A stretch of 43,331 nt of DNA from Pseudomonadota bacterium (GCA_031416315.1 JANOTL010000121.1:1-43331); one strand, 5' to 3'; shown: positions 1 through 9,626, counted from the first letter of the stretch. Notes: generated by a model not told the origin, from the letters alone. Made by a program: numbers and translations.

Positions 1-149
1 TTAGAATTACCGGTCTGGGGCCCGCGCGTTTTGACCGTCTTGGCGCCGGCGCGCGCGGAAATGCGTAAAAAAACGCGCCCGGCCGCTGCTGCTAAATCCT
101 GTGCAAGCTGAAGCGCGTCGCTCAGCGCCCGCAAAAGGATCTCCCCACC

Positions 150-1589
150 ATGGCCAAGCTCTTCGCGCTCCTCGCCTTCTTCTGCTGCAGCACGGCGGCC
201 ATGGCCGCCGACGCCAACCTCGAGCTCGGCATCGGCGAGTCGCGGATCCTAGACCTCAAAGAGCTCGCCGACTCGGTGAACCTCTCCAAGGCCGGCGTCG
301 TCACGGTCGCCAAGGGCAACAACAAGGCGACGATCATCGTCACCGCGAAAGGGGCCGGCTACGCCGAGATCGCCATCCGCCTCGCGAGCGGCAAGAACCT
401 CACGTACGGCGTCACCGTCTCCGAGGCCATCTCGCTCGACCGCCAGATCGACTCGATCCGCCGCATCCTCGCCAGCGCGCCCGGCCTCTCGGTCGCGCGC
501 CAAGGCCGCCAGGTCGTGATCACGGGCAAAGTTCGCACGCGCACCGGTCTTCAAGCTCTCGACAACGTCAAGGCGCAGTTCCCCGGCCTCGTCGTCGACG
601 CGACCGAGAAGGACGTGCCCGAGGCGAACGCCGTCGTGCAGACGATCAACCGCGTCCTCACCGAGAACGACATCGCCAACATTCAAGCGGTGTCCTACGG
701 CAAGATCCTGGTCCTCGAAGGCTCGCCGAAAGACGACTCCGAGCGTGAGCTCGCGCTGCGCATCGCCAAGATGATCTCCGCCGACATCGAGGACCGCACG
801 AGCAAGATCTCGACCGCCGCCCCGAGCCTGAACGTCGAGGTCATGTTCGTCGAAGTGCAGAAGAACGACGCCCTCAGCTTCGGCCTGAAAGACACGACGA
901 AGATCGACGACAAAGGCATCAAGCACGTCCCGGCCTCCCCCCTCGGCAGCGCCACCATTCCCGGCGTCTCCGGCAAGACCGGCAACGTCGCCTGGCAGGT
1001 CGGCCCCCTCTCGGCCTTCCTGCAGATGATCCGCTCGCGCACCTCGTCGCGCGTCCTGTCGAACCCGACCTTGATCACGCGTTCGGCGCAAGAAGCGAAG
1101 TTCCACTCCGGCGGCACCTTCTACCTCGAGACCTCGCGCACGGAGAACGGCATCACCCACGTCGAGTTCAAAGAGATCGAGTACGGCATCCACCTCGGCG
1201 TCCTCCCCGTGATCGACCGCTTGGGCCAGATCGACGTGAAGCTCAAGGCCAAGGTCTCCGAGCTCGGCGCGCCGAAATACGAGGGTCGCCTCCCGACTCT
1301 GAACGCGACCACGGTCGACACCGCCGTCACCCTGAAAGACGGTCAATCGATCCTCCTCTCCGGCTTGGTCAACAAGAAGAACCGCAAGTCCATCGACAAA
1401 GTGCCCCTCTTGGGCGACATCCCGATCGTCGGCGAGCTGTTCAAGAGCCGCAATTTCGAGGACGAGAACACCGAGCTTTTGATCCTCGTCACCATGAATC
1501 GCGTCGCGGGCAGCGGCCAAAAATCCGACTCGGCCAACGAGCTGTGGCGCAAGGGCGGCCGCGACGTCGAGTTCAGCTTCTTCGACTGA
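150..1589 (+). CDS. cpaC: Flp/Tad pilus secretin (CpaC/RcpA family)
   Basis: Signal peptide, N-terminal pilus-formation-like and BON-like segments, C-terminal secretin motifs (VLSNPTL, LKDGQSILLSGL, KVPLLGDIPIVGELFKSR); upstream of pseudopilins and a Flp pilin. Confidence 0.9.
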   Translation: MAKLFALLAFFCCSTAAMAADANLELGIGESRILDLKELADSVNLSKAGVVTVAKGNNKATIIVTAKGAGYAEIAIRLASGKNLTYGVTVSEAISLDRQIDSIRRILASAPGLSVARQGRQVVITGKVRTRTGLQALDNVKAQFPGLVVDATEKDVPEANAVVQTINRVLTENDIANIQAVSYGKILVLEGSPKDDSERELALRIAKMISADIEDRTSKISTAAPSLNVEVMFVEVQKNDALSFGLKDTTKIDDKGIKHVPASPLGSATIPGVSGKTGNVAWQVGPLSAFLQMIRSRTSSRVLSNPTLITRSAQEAKFHSGGTFYLETSRTENGITHVEFKEIEYGIHLGVLPVIDRLGQIDVKLKAKVSELGAPKYEGRLPTLNATTVDTAVTLKDGQSILLSGLVNKKNRKSIDKVPLLGDIPIVGELFKSRNFEDENTELLILVTMNRVAGSGQKSDSANELWRKGGRDVEFSFFD

Positions 1590-1629
1590 TTCCTTCAGGT
1601 CTTCGTCTGATCACAACCGGGAGTCCGCA

Positions 1630-2862
1630 GTGAGCTTCGTCGAATCAGCCTACGCCCTCGTCACCGCCCCCGGCGCCCGCCGGCGCCAAAGGCTCCGCCT
1701 GCCGGTCACCATCGGCTCGTCGGCAGCCTGCGACGTGATCGTGAATTCCGCTGCCGTCGCCCCGCTCGGCTACGTCGTCTATTCGGAGAAAGGCGCCTTG
1801 CACGCTTTCCACAACGCCTCAAGCCGCGAGGTACCGCTCCGCTCCTTGAAAGCGCTCGGCATCGAGCTGGTCGGCCCGATCGCCGGCGAGGCGAAGACCC
1901 GCGGTCGCGCGCTCCCGCTTCCGCGCGAGTTCCTCGCGAAGGAGGCGGCGCGCTTCGACCGCCTGCCGCGAGCCGCGCGCACCGCGCTCCTCGGAACTTT
2001 GCCGCAAAAAACGCGCCTCGGCGTCTGGGGCTTCGTCACCACGTTGGGCATCGTCCTCCTCACCGGAGTCGGCCAGGAAGCGCCGCCGGCTTTGGACCTC
2101 GCGGACGACGCCAAGGAGCTCGCCTTCGACGCGGTCTTCACGCAAACCGTCGGCGCCAGCCCGAAAAATCCGGACTTCGTCAAAGGCTACGAGAAGGGCG
2201 TTACCTTCGTGCTCGACATGCCGGCGGTCGACGCCAGCCTGGCGAGCCTCATGAGCTTCGACGTCGCGGGCCTCAACCTCGGCCACGAGCTCGTCCTCAA
2301 GGTCAACGACAAGGTCGTGCTGCAAACCGAGGCCGAAGGCGCTTGCGCCCAGGAATCCTGCAGCAAAAGCCTGCGTCTCGAGCAAGGCCTGCTGAAGCCG
2401 GGCCCGAACCGCATCGTCTTCGAGCACACGCGGCCGGAAAGCTCCTACTTCCTCGCGCGCATCCACGTGCGCAGCCTGCCGCCGATGAAGGCGGAGGAGG
2501 CGCAGCAAGCCGCGCGTTGGATGGAGATCGCGGAGCGCGCCTATGCCGAGCGCCAAATCGTCCCCGACAACGTCGTCACTGCCGGCCGTTTTGCCGGGCA
2601 AGTACTGAAGCTGGCGCGCGAGCGCGACGGCGCCAAAGACGTCGAAAGCCGTGCTGCGGCGTTGAAGAAGGAGATTGATGTCGCCCACGTCGCTATGGCG
2701 AAAGCGCTGTGGGACGAGTTCGCCGTCAACGAACGCCTCGAGCGCCGTCCCGAGCAAGAGCGCGTCCTCGACCATTTGCTCCGCCTATACCCGGATCCTG
2801 CCGCCACCGAGCACGCCCGCGTCCGCGAGAAGCTCGAAGATCTGAAGGAGAAATCGCGATGA
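1630..2862 (+). CDS. Bitopic membrane protein, Tad-locus accessory (possible degenerate N-terminal FHA-like domain, beta-sandwich and helical C-terminus)
   Basis: GTG start after GGAG; N-terminal LPVTIGSSAACDVIV resembles the FHA start motif; one hydrophobic segment (GVWGFVTTLGIVLLTG); stop overlaps next ATG. Confidence 0.6.
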   Translation: MSFVESAYALVTAPGARRRQRLRLPVTIGSSAACDVIVNSAAVAPLGYVVYSEKGALHAFHNASSREVPLRSLKALGIELVGPIAGEAKTRGRALPLPREFLAKEAARFDRLPRAARTALLGTLPQKTRLGVWGFVTTLGIVLLTGVGQEAPPALDLADDAKELAFDAVFTQTVGASPKNPDFVKGYEKGVTFVLDMPAVDASLASLMSFDVAGLNLGHELVLKVNDKVVLQTEAEGACAQESCSKSLRLEQGLLKPGPNRIVFEHTRPESSYFLARIHVRSLPPMKAEEAQQAARWMEIAERAYAERQIVPDNVVTAGRFAGQVLKLARERDGAKDVESRAAALKKEIDVAHVAMAKALWDEFAVNERLERRPEQERVLDHLLRLYPDPAATEHARVREKLEDLKEKSR

Positions 2863-3818
2863 GCGCCGAAGTCCGCCTGTTGAGCCTGAGTCAGGATGGC
2901 GAAAGCCGCGCCGTCGCCGTCGGCGAGCGCCACGAGCTCGCCGAGGGCATCTCCCTCACCGTCCGTAACGAGCGCGGCGACGCGATCATCGAGCGCGAAG
3001 GGAAGGATGACGAGGCCTTCGCGGTCTCTGTGAATGGGGGCCCGTCCGTCCTCGAGATCGCCCACGTCAAGCCGCTCGACGTCATCGACGTCGCGGGGAA
3101 GACGCACGTCGTGCTGCCGCCTTTCGGCGTGTTCGTTCGGCGCGACGCCGGGCGCCAGGAAAAGGAGGATCGGCTCGCGACGCATTTCGCTGCCGAGCTC
3201 GCGCGCGCCTTGCCGGGTCACGTCCCACCCTCGGCCGGAGGCAAGCCGAATTATCTGCGCCTCGCGACGCTGGCTCTCGCCGGCGGCGTCATCGGGATTT
3301 TCACGATGCTCTACGTGAAAGGGAAAGACCATCCGAGAGGGAAAATACCCTACGTCTCGGCTGCGATCAGCGGCGAAGCCAACGCCGCCACGACGCCGCC
3401 GATCCCCGAGCCCGACGGAGCTCCGGCGCAAGCGACCGTCCGCGCTCCGGATCCTGTCCCTGTTCCTACTCCTCCTGCGGAGCCGGTGACTGAATCGGCG
3501 TCTGTGCCCGAAGCCGAAGTCGTTGCGGCACCCGTCGCCGCGCCGGACCCTGCCAAAGCATCGATTCCCCAGCCGAAACCCAAGGCAAAGCCAGACAAAC
3601 CCCAAGCCCCCGCCCCCGTTAAAGTCAGCTCCGACACGCCGCCGCCGGCGCTCGTGAACGAAGGCGCCCTCCGCAAAGATTACGAAAGCTACCGCCTCGA
3701 AGCCGGCTTTGACCCCGAAGGCGCGGCCACCAAGATGAAGCGGCTCAAAGCCCGAGTCCCCGCCGGAACCAAGCTGGCGAAGGATGTCGAAAAAGCCCTG
3801 AAGGATCTCGGTCAATAA
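2859..3818 (+). CDS. Bitopic membrane protein with Pro/Ala-rich linker, Tad-locus accessory
   Basis: ATG at 2859 (ATGA overlap, GAAGGAG RBS) preferred to the ORF-track start at 2709; TM segment LATLALAGGVIGIFTMLYV; long Pro-rich stalk; short helical tip. Confidence 0.65.
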   Translation: MSAEVRLLSLSQDGESRAVAVGERHELAEGISLTVRNERGDAIIEREGKDDEAFAVSVNGGPSVLEIAHVKPLDVIDVAGKTHVVLPPFGVFVRRDAGRQEKEDRLATHFAAELARALPGHVPPSAGGKPNYLRLATLALAGGVIGIFTMLYVKGKDHPRGKIPYVSAAISGEANAATTPPIPEPDGAPAQATVRAPDPVPVPTPPAEPVTESASVPEAEVVAAPVAAPDPAKASIPQPKPKAKPDKPQAPAPVKVSSDTPPPALVNEGALRKDYESYRLEAGFDPEGAATKMKRLKARVPAGTKLAKDVEKALKDLGQ

Positions 3819-3830
3819 GGATCTCCGCCC

Positions 3831-4904
3831 ATGCAGCTCTCCCCGACGACGAACCCAGAAAAGCGCGAACGCGGCTCCGTCGTCGTCGAGTTCCTCTTCG
3901 TCTTTCCGGCCTTCTTGCTCCTGAGCTTGTTCACCATCGAGCTGTCCCTTTCCTGGATCGACCGCCACATCACACGCCTGGCCGCATACGAGGCCGGGCG
4001 CGTCTTCGTCGCCGCCGAGCTCCCCGAATGGGACGCGAACGGCAAGGAATACGACTCGCCATGCGAGGCGCCGGAAGTCAAGAAGCGCGCCCGACAAGCC
4101 GCCCTCCGCAAGATCGCCATCGTGAGCCCGACCGTCCCCCTCTTCCTCGCGAAATTGGGCGGCATCGCCTCCGGCCTGAACGCCGGCGCGCTCCCCTCGG
4201 TGCCGCAAGGCGGGGGCCTCTCGGGCGCCGCGCTGCGCCGCATCCTGCTGCGCTGGCCCACCGCCGTCGCCTCGACCGAGCTCTCTTGCCACTTCGAGCC
4301 GACCTCGCAAAAACTGCGAATCAAGCTCACGTACCAGCGTATGCCGCAAACGCCCTTCGTCGACCGCGTACTCTACCTCGTTCACCGCTTCAACAAAGCC
4401 AACCTGCTCTCGACCGTCTCCCTCGACGAGAATTTCAACGGCATCACCGCGACTGGACCGGCCGCGCTCGCCGCGGCGCAAGCGAAACAAGCGCTGGAGG
4501 CCACGCTCGGCGCCTCGCACGATCTCGGACTCTCGGTCGCCGACGCCGGCGCTTTGCTGAAGGACGTCCCCGGCATCGCGGCGATCTTCGCTAGCACCAC
4601 GCCGGCGCCGACCGACTTATCCCCAGCTCTTCAACAAGCACAGGGCGCGACCCTCCTCGCCCTGAACAATCAAAGCGGCGTCCTCTCCGGCCTCGCCAAC
4701 GTCGTCCCCGAGGCCTTGCGCCGCATCCCGATCGAGGTCGAGCTGGAGCTGCAACGCGACGGCATGCCCGAGCCCGCCTGGGTCGGCGACATCCTAGGCG
4801 GCGTCAACCTTAGCGCGGGCTCGAAATTCCGCACCTGGGGCAAGAAGCTATCCGAGCCCCAAGCGAACCTGCGCCAAGACTCCAAACCCCTCGAAGAGAT
4901 GTGA
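3831..4904 (+). CDS. TadE-like pseudopilin
   Basis: Class III signal KRERG/SVVVEF, hydrophobic helix and the TadE-like LAAYEAGR motif. Confidence 0.8.
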   Translation: MQLSPTTNPEKRERGSVVVEFLFVFPAFLLLSLFTIELSLSWIDRHITRLAAYEAGRVFVAAELPEWDANGKEYDSPCEAPEVKKRARQAALRKIAIVSPTVPLFLAKLGGIASGLNAGALPSVPQGGGLSGAALRRILLRWPTAVASTELSCHFEPTSQKLRIKLTYQRMPQTPFVDRVLYLVHRFNKANLLSTVSLDENFNGITATGPAALAAAQAKQALEATLGASHDLGLSVADAGALLKDVPGIAAIFASTTPAPTDLSPALQQAQGATLLALNNQSGVLSGLANVVPEALRRIPIEVELELQRDGMPEPAWVGDILGGVNLSAGSKFRTWGKKLSEPQANLRQDSKPLEEM

Positions 4905-4911
4905 GCCGAAC

Positions 4912-5979
4912 ATGAGTCTCACCGAATTCCTCGTCTGCTCCCCGGTCGTCGCCCTCCTGGCATTCGGCGCCTACGACCTGAACAAGCGGGTGGAAGACCA
5001 GCAAATGACCGCGATCCACGCGCGCAACGCCGCGCTCCTCGGGAAAAACCCGCAGACGGCGCCGACTCTCAACCGCATTCTCGACGCGCAGGAACGCGGA
5101 ATCGTCAGCGGCAGCGGCCTTACTGTCACCGTGCACGACAAGCAAGAGCTCGACGGCCAGTTCACCCAGCTCGACCGCGTGCGTCGCTCGATGGCGAACG
5201 GGACCAGCTTCGACACGATCTCCACGACCACCGGCAACGTCGGCGCCGCCGCCTCGCGCGTCGTCGCCGAGCTGCAAAACACTGGCGAGAGCCTGGGCCT
5301 CTTCATCAAGGACGGCATCCGCGTCGCCGACGTCGTGACCGAAGCGCCCGGCACCGCGAACGGCATGCAGCGGACCATCGGCACCTTGACCGAGGTGACG
5401 ACCGGCAATCCGCAGGCGGGCGCCGAGGCCGCCGCCCTCGCGCGGCGCACGGCTCAGCGTAGCTTCTTGCACTGGGAGACCGGTTACCACCCGAGCCAAT
5501 ACACGAATTTCCCGATTGCCGGCATCGCCCTCGGCCTGTCGAAGACGGCGTGGGACGCCGACGGCGACTTTTCCCACAGCTCCGACGGCATCCAAACGCG
5601 CTGCATGACGCGGCTCCTGACCAGCGACCAGTGCCAGCTACTTGGCTTTCGTGAGTTTTACTACCGCACGAAGGCGATCGCCGAGGCGCGCATGGACCTT
5701 TCTGAGGTCCTCTTCGAAAGCGACGGTTACGGCGCCGCCGCCGACATCATCATCACGCAAGGGGTCAAGAAGCTGACGAGCCACTTCATGAACGCCGAGA
5801 TCTCGACCCTGACCGACCAGGCCATTTCCGCCGCCGCCGCGAAAGCGACGGATGAGATCTCCGCCAAGCTGAAGGCCGAGCTTTCCCGCCTTGCGAGCAT
5901 TCCGGGCCACGAAGCCGGCAAGCTGTCAGAGACCTTGAACTCGAACGAGCTCGAGAAGAAGATCGGCGGTGGCTCGTGA
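4912..5979 (+). CDS. Pseudopilin-like protein (TadE/TadF-like N-terminus)
   Basis: MSLTEFLVCSPVVALLAFG with Glu at position 5 and HARNAA motif; lies between the TadE-like and TadG-like genes. Confidence 0.6.
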   Translation: MSLTEFLVCSPVVALLAFGAYDLNKRVEDQQMTAIHARNAALLGKNPQTAPTLNRILDAQERGIVSGSGLTVTVHDKQELDGQFTQLDRVRRSMANGTSFDTISTTTGNVGAAASRVVAELQNTGESLGLFIKDGIRVADVVTEAPGTANGMQRTIGTLTEVTTGNPQAGAEAAALARRTAQRSFLHWETGYHPSQYTNFPIAGIALGLSKTAWDADGDFSHSSDGIQTRCMTRLLTSDQCQLLGFREFYYRTKAIAEARMDLSEVLFESDGYGAAADIIITQGVKKLTSHFMNAEISTLTDQAISAAAAKATDEISAKLKAELSRLASIPGHEAGKLSETLNSNELEKKIGGGS

Positions 5980-7457
5980 GCGCCGCGCCCTTCCGCACGC
6001 TGCCCGATTCCCGCGAAGCCGGCGGCATCACCGTCTTCTTCGTCCTCTTCACCGTCGTTCTCGCCGGCGCCGTCGCAGCTTCGCTCTACGTCGGCCGCAT
6101 GGTCGACCGCAAGATCCGCCTTGGCAACGCCGCCGACGCCGCGGCGCACGCGATGGCGAGCCACGGCGCCATGGGCATGAACATGATCTCGGCCAACAAC
6201 CTCGCCGTCGGCGCGAACCTCCACGTCGGCGCCTCGGTCCCGTTCATCGGCCGCTATTACGCGATCCTCAAGGCCTACCTGGTCTCTTCGCCGATCGACA
6301 AGCCGGAGATGCTGCTCTTCAGCAACGAACTCACGGCGGAAAAAGCCTCCTTCGACGACGCCTTCGACTGGACCAAGCGCTTAACTGGCCACTACACCAA
6401 AACGGCCGCAGGCATCACCTCGGTCAACGTGCAGCTCGGCAAGTGGTGGCTCTCGCCGGCGCTGGTGAAAGGCGTCGAAGGCATGCGCCTCAACGAACCG
6501 GGCTCGATCGGCGTCCCCATGCAGGTCGGCGGCGCCCGCTTCGCCAGCTTCAAATACGACCAGCTCCGCCTGAGCTCGCCGCCCGAGACCATGTGCCACA
6601 CCATCCGGTCCTCGGAAGTTTTGGGCGACAGTCGCAACAGGGTCTCGCTTTGGCTGGGCGGCTCGCTGCAGACCTTGGGCGTCCCGAGCGCGGCCATGGC
6701 GCCGATCGAGTTCGGCGAAGACATCGTTCATGCAATCGACAAGGTCATGATCTTGATTTCAGTTCCAGCCCTGGGGGTCGCCGTCGCGCAGACGGCCTCG
6801 TGCGTCGCCGCCGTCTTCTTCCACCCCGGATGCTTGCGCGCCGCGCGTATCGCCAAGAACATCGCCATCCTCGCCACGCCACCGGTCCCGCATTTCTCGG
6901 GCTGCGGCTTGAGCCACGGTGGAGACAACGCAGCGCAGTTCAAGAGCTTCATCAAGGACAAGGCCGAGGAGAAAAACGCCATCGGCTTCATCTTTCCCTA
7001 CGTCGACGCCGGCACGCTCGAAGCGTACGAGAAGACGCTGCAGTTCGCGCAGCTCGTCGGCTCGCCGCTGTACCTCGCGAAGGAGCTCGAGGCGCAAAAT
7101 GGCGCCTGCCCGGCTGAGTGGAAATTCACCGTCGGCGGTCGTACGTATTGCAGCGCGCTCCTCGACGGTAGCGATCTCGACCGCGCGGTCGCGCACCAGA
7201 TGCACGCGAGGCTCGACGACGTTTGGAGCCGCGTCCAGTGGTCCATCGGCCAGGCGGAGATCGCCTACGAGCCGAACGGCGGCCAGGAGGACGCGATGGG
7301 CGCCGACGTGCGGAAGATCCCATCGGGCCAGAAGGAAGCGCGCGCCAACCGCCGCAGCATGCAGCTCTTTTGGCCCGCGTGGCGCGCCCGCGCCACCGAG
7401 ACGACCGCGAGCGCCAACTTTCTCGGCCGCCTAGGCAAACTCGGACAAACGCCCTAA
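5976..7457 (+). CDS. TadG-like minor pilin (Tad domain)
   Basis: REAG/GITVFFVLF hydrophobic helix followed by RKIRLGNAADAAAHAMA, typical of TadG N-termini; GTGA overlap with the upstream gene. Confidence 0.8.
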   Translation: MSAAPFRTLPDSREAGGITVFFVLFTVVLAGAVAASLYVGRMVDRKIRLGNAADAAAHAMASHGAMGMNMISANNLAVGANLHVGASVPFIGRYYAILKAYLVSSPIDKPEMLLFSNELTAEKASFDDAFDWTKRLTGHYTKTAAGITSVNVQLGKWWLSPALVKGVEGMRLNEPGSIGVPMQVGGARFASFKYDQLRLSSPPETMCHTIRSSEVLGDSRNRVSLWLGGSLQTLGVPSAAMAPIEFGEDIVHAIDKVMILISVPALGVAVAQTASCVAAVFFHPGCLRAARIAKNIAILATPPVPHFSGCGLSHGGDNAAQFKSFIKDKAEEKNAIGFIFPYVDAGTLEAYEKTLQFAQLVGSPLYLAKELEAQNGACPAEWKFTVGGRTYCSALLDGSDLDRAVAHQMHARLDDVWSRVQWSIGQAEIAYEPNGGQEDAMGADVRKIPSGQKEARANRRSMQLFWPAWRARATETTASANFLGRLGKLGQTP

Positions 7458-7539
7458 GGCCGAATCGACGATAACCCCTTTCGAGAAGCTCACGGCCGTC
7501 CCCCGGCGGCCCTCAAACCCCAGTACGGAGACCGAGAGA

Positions 7540-7833
7540 ATGCGCACCCAAGACCTGCCCGCCCTGAAGTCGAAACTTGGCCAGAACACCGCCGAGTACC
7601 TCATCATGCTGACCCTGGTCGCGATTGGCTCGATCGGCCTGATGACCGCGTTTGGCAAGACAATCCAGGCGAAGATCGCCTACGTGTCGGCTGCCATCTC
7701 CGGCGACGAGATCGCCTACACTGCTGCCGTAAAAGCATCCAAAGACAAAGCCGACAAGGCTAACGCGAAGGTCACCCGCCAAGGCGACATCAAGATGGAC
7801 GGCATCGTCGCCACGGACCTCAAAAGCGAGTAA
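7540..7833 (+). CDS. flp: Flp family type IVb pilin
   Basis: KSKLG/QNTAEYLIML Flp motif (G/xxxxEY) followed by a hydrophobic helix. Confidence 0.85.
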   Translation: MRTQDLPALKSKLGQNTAEYLIMLTLVAIGSIGLMTAFGKTIQAKIAYVSAAISGDEIAYTAAVKASKDKADKANAKVTRQGDIKMDGIVATDLKSE

Positions 7834-7864
7834 TCACCGCTGGTCCTATCCCTCTCCTCCCGCT

Positions 7865-7905
7865 GCGGGGCGGGGCCCTCGCGGCCCTTGCCCCGCGCGC
7901 CTTTT
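7865..7905 (+). terminator. Probable intrinsic terminator after the pilin gene
   Basis: GC-rich hairpin gcggggcggggcc-ctcgc-ggcccttgccccgc followed shortly by a T4 tract. Confidence 0.5.
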
Positions 7906-7941
7906 GGGCGCAAAATGCCGCAGACGGGAGGACGCCGCGCC

Positions 7942-8226
7942 ATGTCGGAAGAACGTATTTCGGCCCAAGATCTCAGGGATTTCGTCGAGGGCCGCACCGG
8001 TCCGGCGACCGATCTCTACGCCCACTGCCTCCGCAAGCTCGTGCAGCTCGTCGACGAGGATCTGCGCCGCATCTTCCTGAACGACCTGGTCCGGCACACG
8101 CGCGGCGAGTCCACGATCTCGATGGAGCTGACGTTCAAGGCTTTTGCGGAGATCCATCGCATCATCGCGCAGGATGCGGCGAGCTTGCCGCCGCCCGAGC
8201 AGACGAGCTTCATCCAGCCGGTTTGA
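7942..8226 (+). CDS. Hypothetical protein (94 aa)
   Basis: ATG at 7942 after GGGAGG; genome-typical codon usage; no family recognised. Confidence 0.6.
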   Translation: MSEERISAQDLRDFVEGRTGPATDLYAHCLRKLVQLVDEDLRRIFLNDLVRHTRGESTISMELTFKAFAEIHRIIAQDAASLPPPEQTSFIQPV

Positions 8227-8240
8227 TCCGCCTCTCCGAA

Positions 8241-9062
8241 TTAAGGCGGCGACGACGCGGCGCTGTAGCGAACGTCGAAGCGAGCTAACTGAAACGTCGC
8301 GCCCACATCGCGCGCCTCGACCGCGAGATCGATGGTCACGCGTCCGCGACGCCGCGCCGTGTTCGGATCGTCGTCGGGGCACTGCAAGACGACGCGCGCC
8401 GCGAGCCTCGCCTCGAAGTCCCGGTCCCAGTGCAGCCCGATCAAGGACGCTGCCGTGGGCGTGACGCCAGGCATGCAGCGAAGCGCTGCCAGCAACCGCG
8501 GTGTAACCTCGACACCCTGCTCCGGATCGCTGAGGTAAAGCGACGTCTCGTCCTGCGCGCCGAAAACCGCCGTCACCGTCGGCCACGAGGCGCCGCTTCG
8601 CCACGGCAACTCACGACTCGAGCGCTCAACCAAGCTCGCGACGCTCGCCGTGAGGGTGCGCGTCGTCTCCGCGTCGTAGCTCGGCTCGAGATGCGCCGCG
8701 AGCGCCGGCAGCAAAAGCGCGGTCGCCTCGCCCAAGGTCTTCGCCGCGCCTTCGGGGTAGAGCGCCTCGCGATCGACGAAGATCGGCGCGCCGACCCGAG
8801 CCTCCGTCACCACGGCGACCCCCTCCGGAAAAAGCCCCGGGTGCTCGCTTCCCAGCAGGAGCTCTGGCGCCCCTTCTTCGGGAAGCCGGGCGCGCAATGC
8901 TTCGAGCAGCGCACGCTCTTCATGCCCTAGAGCGCAGGTGAAAGGCTGCTCCGCGCAGCGCGTCAGAAAGCCTTCGAGCTGGGCGAAGACCACCGCCACG
9001 TGCGTCTCCGAAGTGCCTCCCGGGAAGGCGAAGAGCGCCAAGGAGACCAAAGCCTTGATCAT
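8241..9062 (-). CDS. Hypothetical exported protein
   Basis: Start at MIKALVSLALFAF avoids overlap with the divergent CoA-binding gene; N-terminal hydrophobic stretch; several Cys. Confidence 0.55.
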   Translation of the reverse strand: MIKALVSLALFAFPGGTSETHVAVVFAQLEGFLTRCAEQPFTCALGHEERALLEALRARLPEEGAPELLLGSEHPGLFPEGVAVVTEARVGAPIFVDREALYPEGAAKTLGEATALLLPALAAHLEPSYDAETTRTLTASVASLVERSSRELPWRSGASWPTVTAVFGAQDETSLYLSDPEQGVEVTPRLLAALRCMPGVTPTAASLIGLHWDRDFEARLAARVVLQCPDDDPNTARRRGRVTIDLAVEARDVGATFQLARFDVRYSAASSPP

Positions 9063-9086
9063 TTGGCCGCCTTGGAACATACGGGC

Positions 9087-9115
9087 ATCATGATCCCGGA
9101 CCTCCCGGCCGTCAA
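9087..9115 (-). promoter_or_regulatory. Sigma70-like promoter
   Basis: TTGACG-N17-CATGAT on the minus strand upstream of the 9062 start. Confidence 0.4.
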
Positions 9116-9131
9116 ATCCGAAAGGAACGCC

Positions 9132-9491
9132 ATGATCGTCGCCGTCTTGGGCGCAAGCCCCAATCCCGAGCGCTACGCCAACAAGGCCATCCGCATGCTG
9201 CGGTCGCACGGGCACGAGGTGATCCCGGTGAATCCCGGCCATGAGACGATCGAAGGGCTTGCGGTGGCGGCCAGCCTCGCGGCGGTGAGTCGAAAGGTCG
9301 ATACCGTCACGGTCTACGTCGGCCCCGCGCACCTTGGCCCGCTCATCCCCGAAATCGTCGCCCTGCGGCCGCGGCGCGTCATCGCCAATCCGGGAGCCGA
9401 GTCGACGGAGCTGAAAGCCCGGGCCGTCGAAGCCGGCATCGAGTACCTCGAGGCCTGCACGCTCGTGCTCCTGCAGACCAAACAATTCTAG
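9132..9491 (+). CDS. CoA-binding protein (YccU/CoA_binding_2 family)
   Basis: VAVLGASPNPERYA, VIPVNP, VDTVTVYV, NPGAES, ACTLVLL motifs; AAGGA RBS. Confidence 0.9.
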   Translation: MIVAVLGASPNPERYANKAIRMLRSHGHEVIPVNPGHETIEGLAVAASLAAVSRKVDTVTVYVGPAHLGPLIPEIVALRPRRVIANPGAESTELKARAVEAGIEYLEACTLVLLQTKQF

Positions 9492-9626
9492 CCCACACCC
9501 CTTCCTCCGCGCTTTCGCGATAAAAAACCACGCGTTTTCATCGCAGAAGCGCCGATGAGCGGAAGCGCACAGACTCGGTCGCGAAGCTGATTGACGCGTA
9601 GCACATCCGCGACCGATGATGCGCCG

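Noticed and set aside
24..78. Inverted repeat gcgcgtttt...aaaacgcgc upstream of the secretin, possible riboswitch
   Set aside because: Short arms with a long spacer; no recognisable c-di-GMP or other riboswitch consensus.
7447..7474. Possible sigma28 promoter for the Flp pilin (GACGATAA)
   Set aside because: The -10 box is plausible but there is no good -35 box at the 16-nt spacing seen elsewhere.
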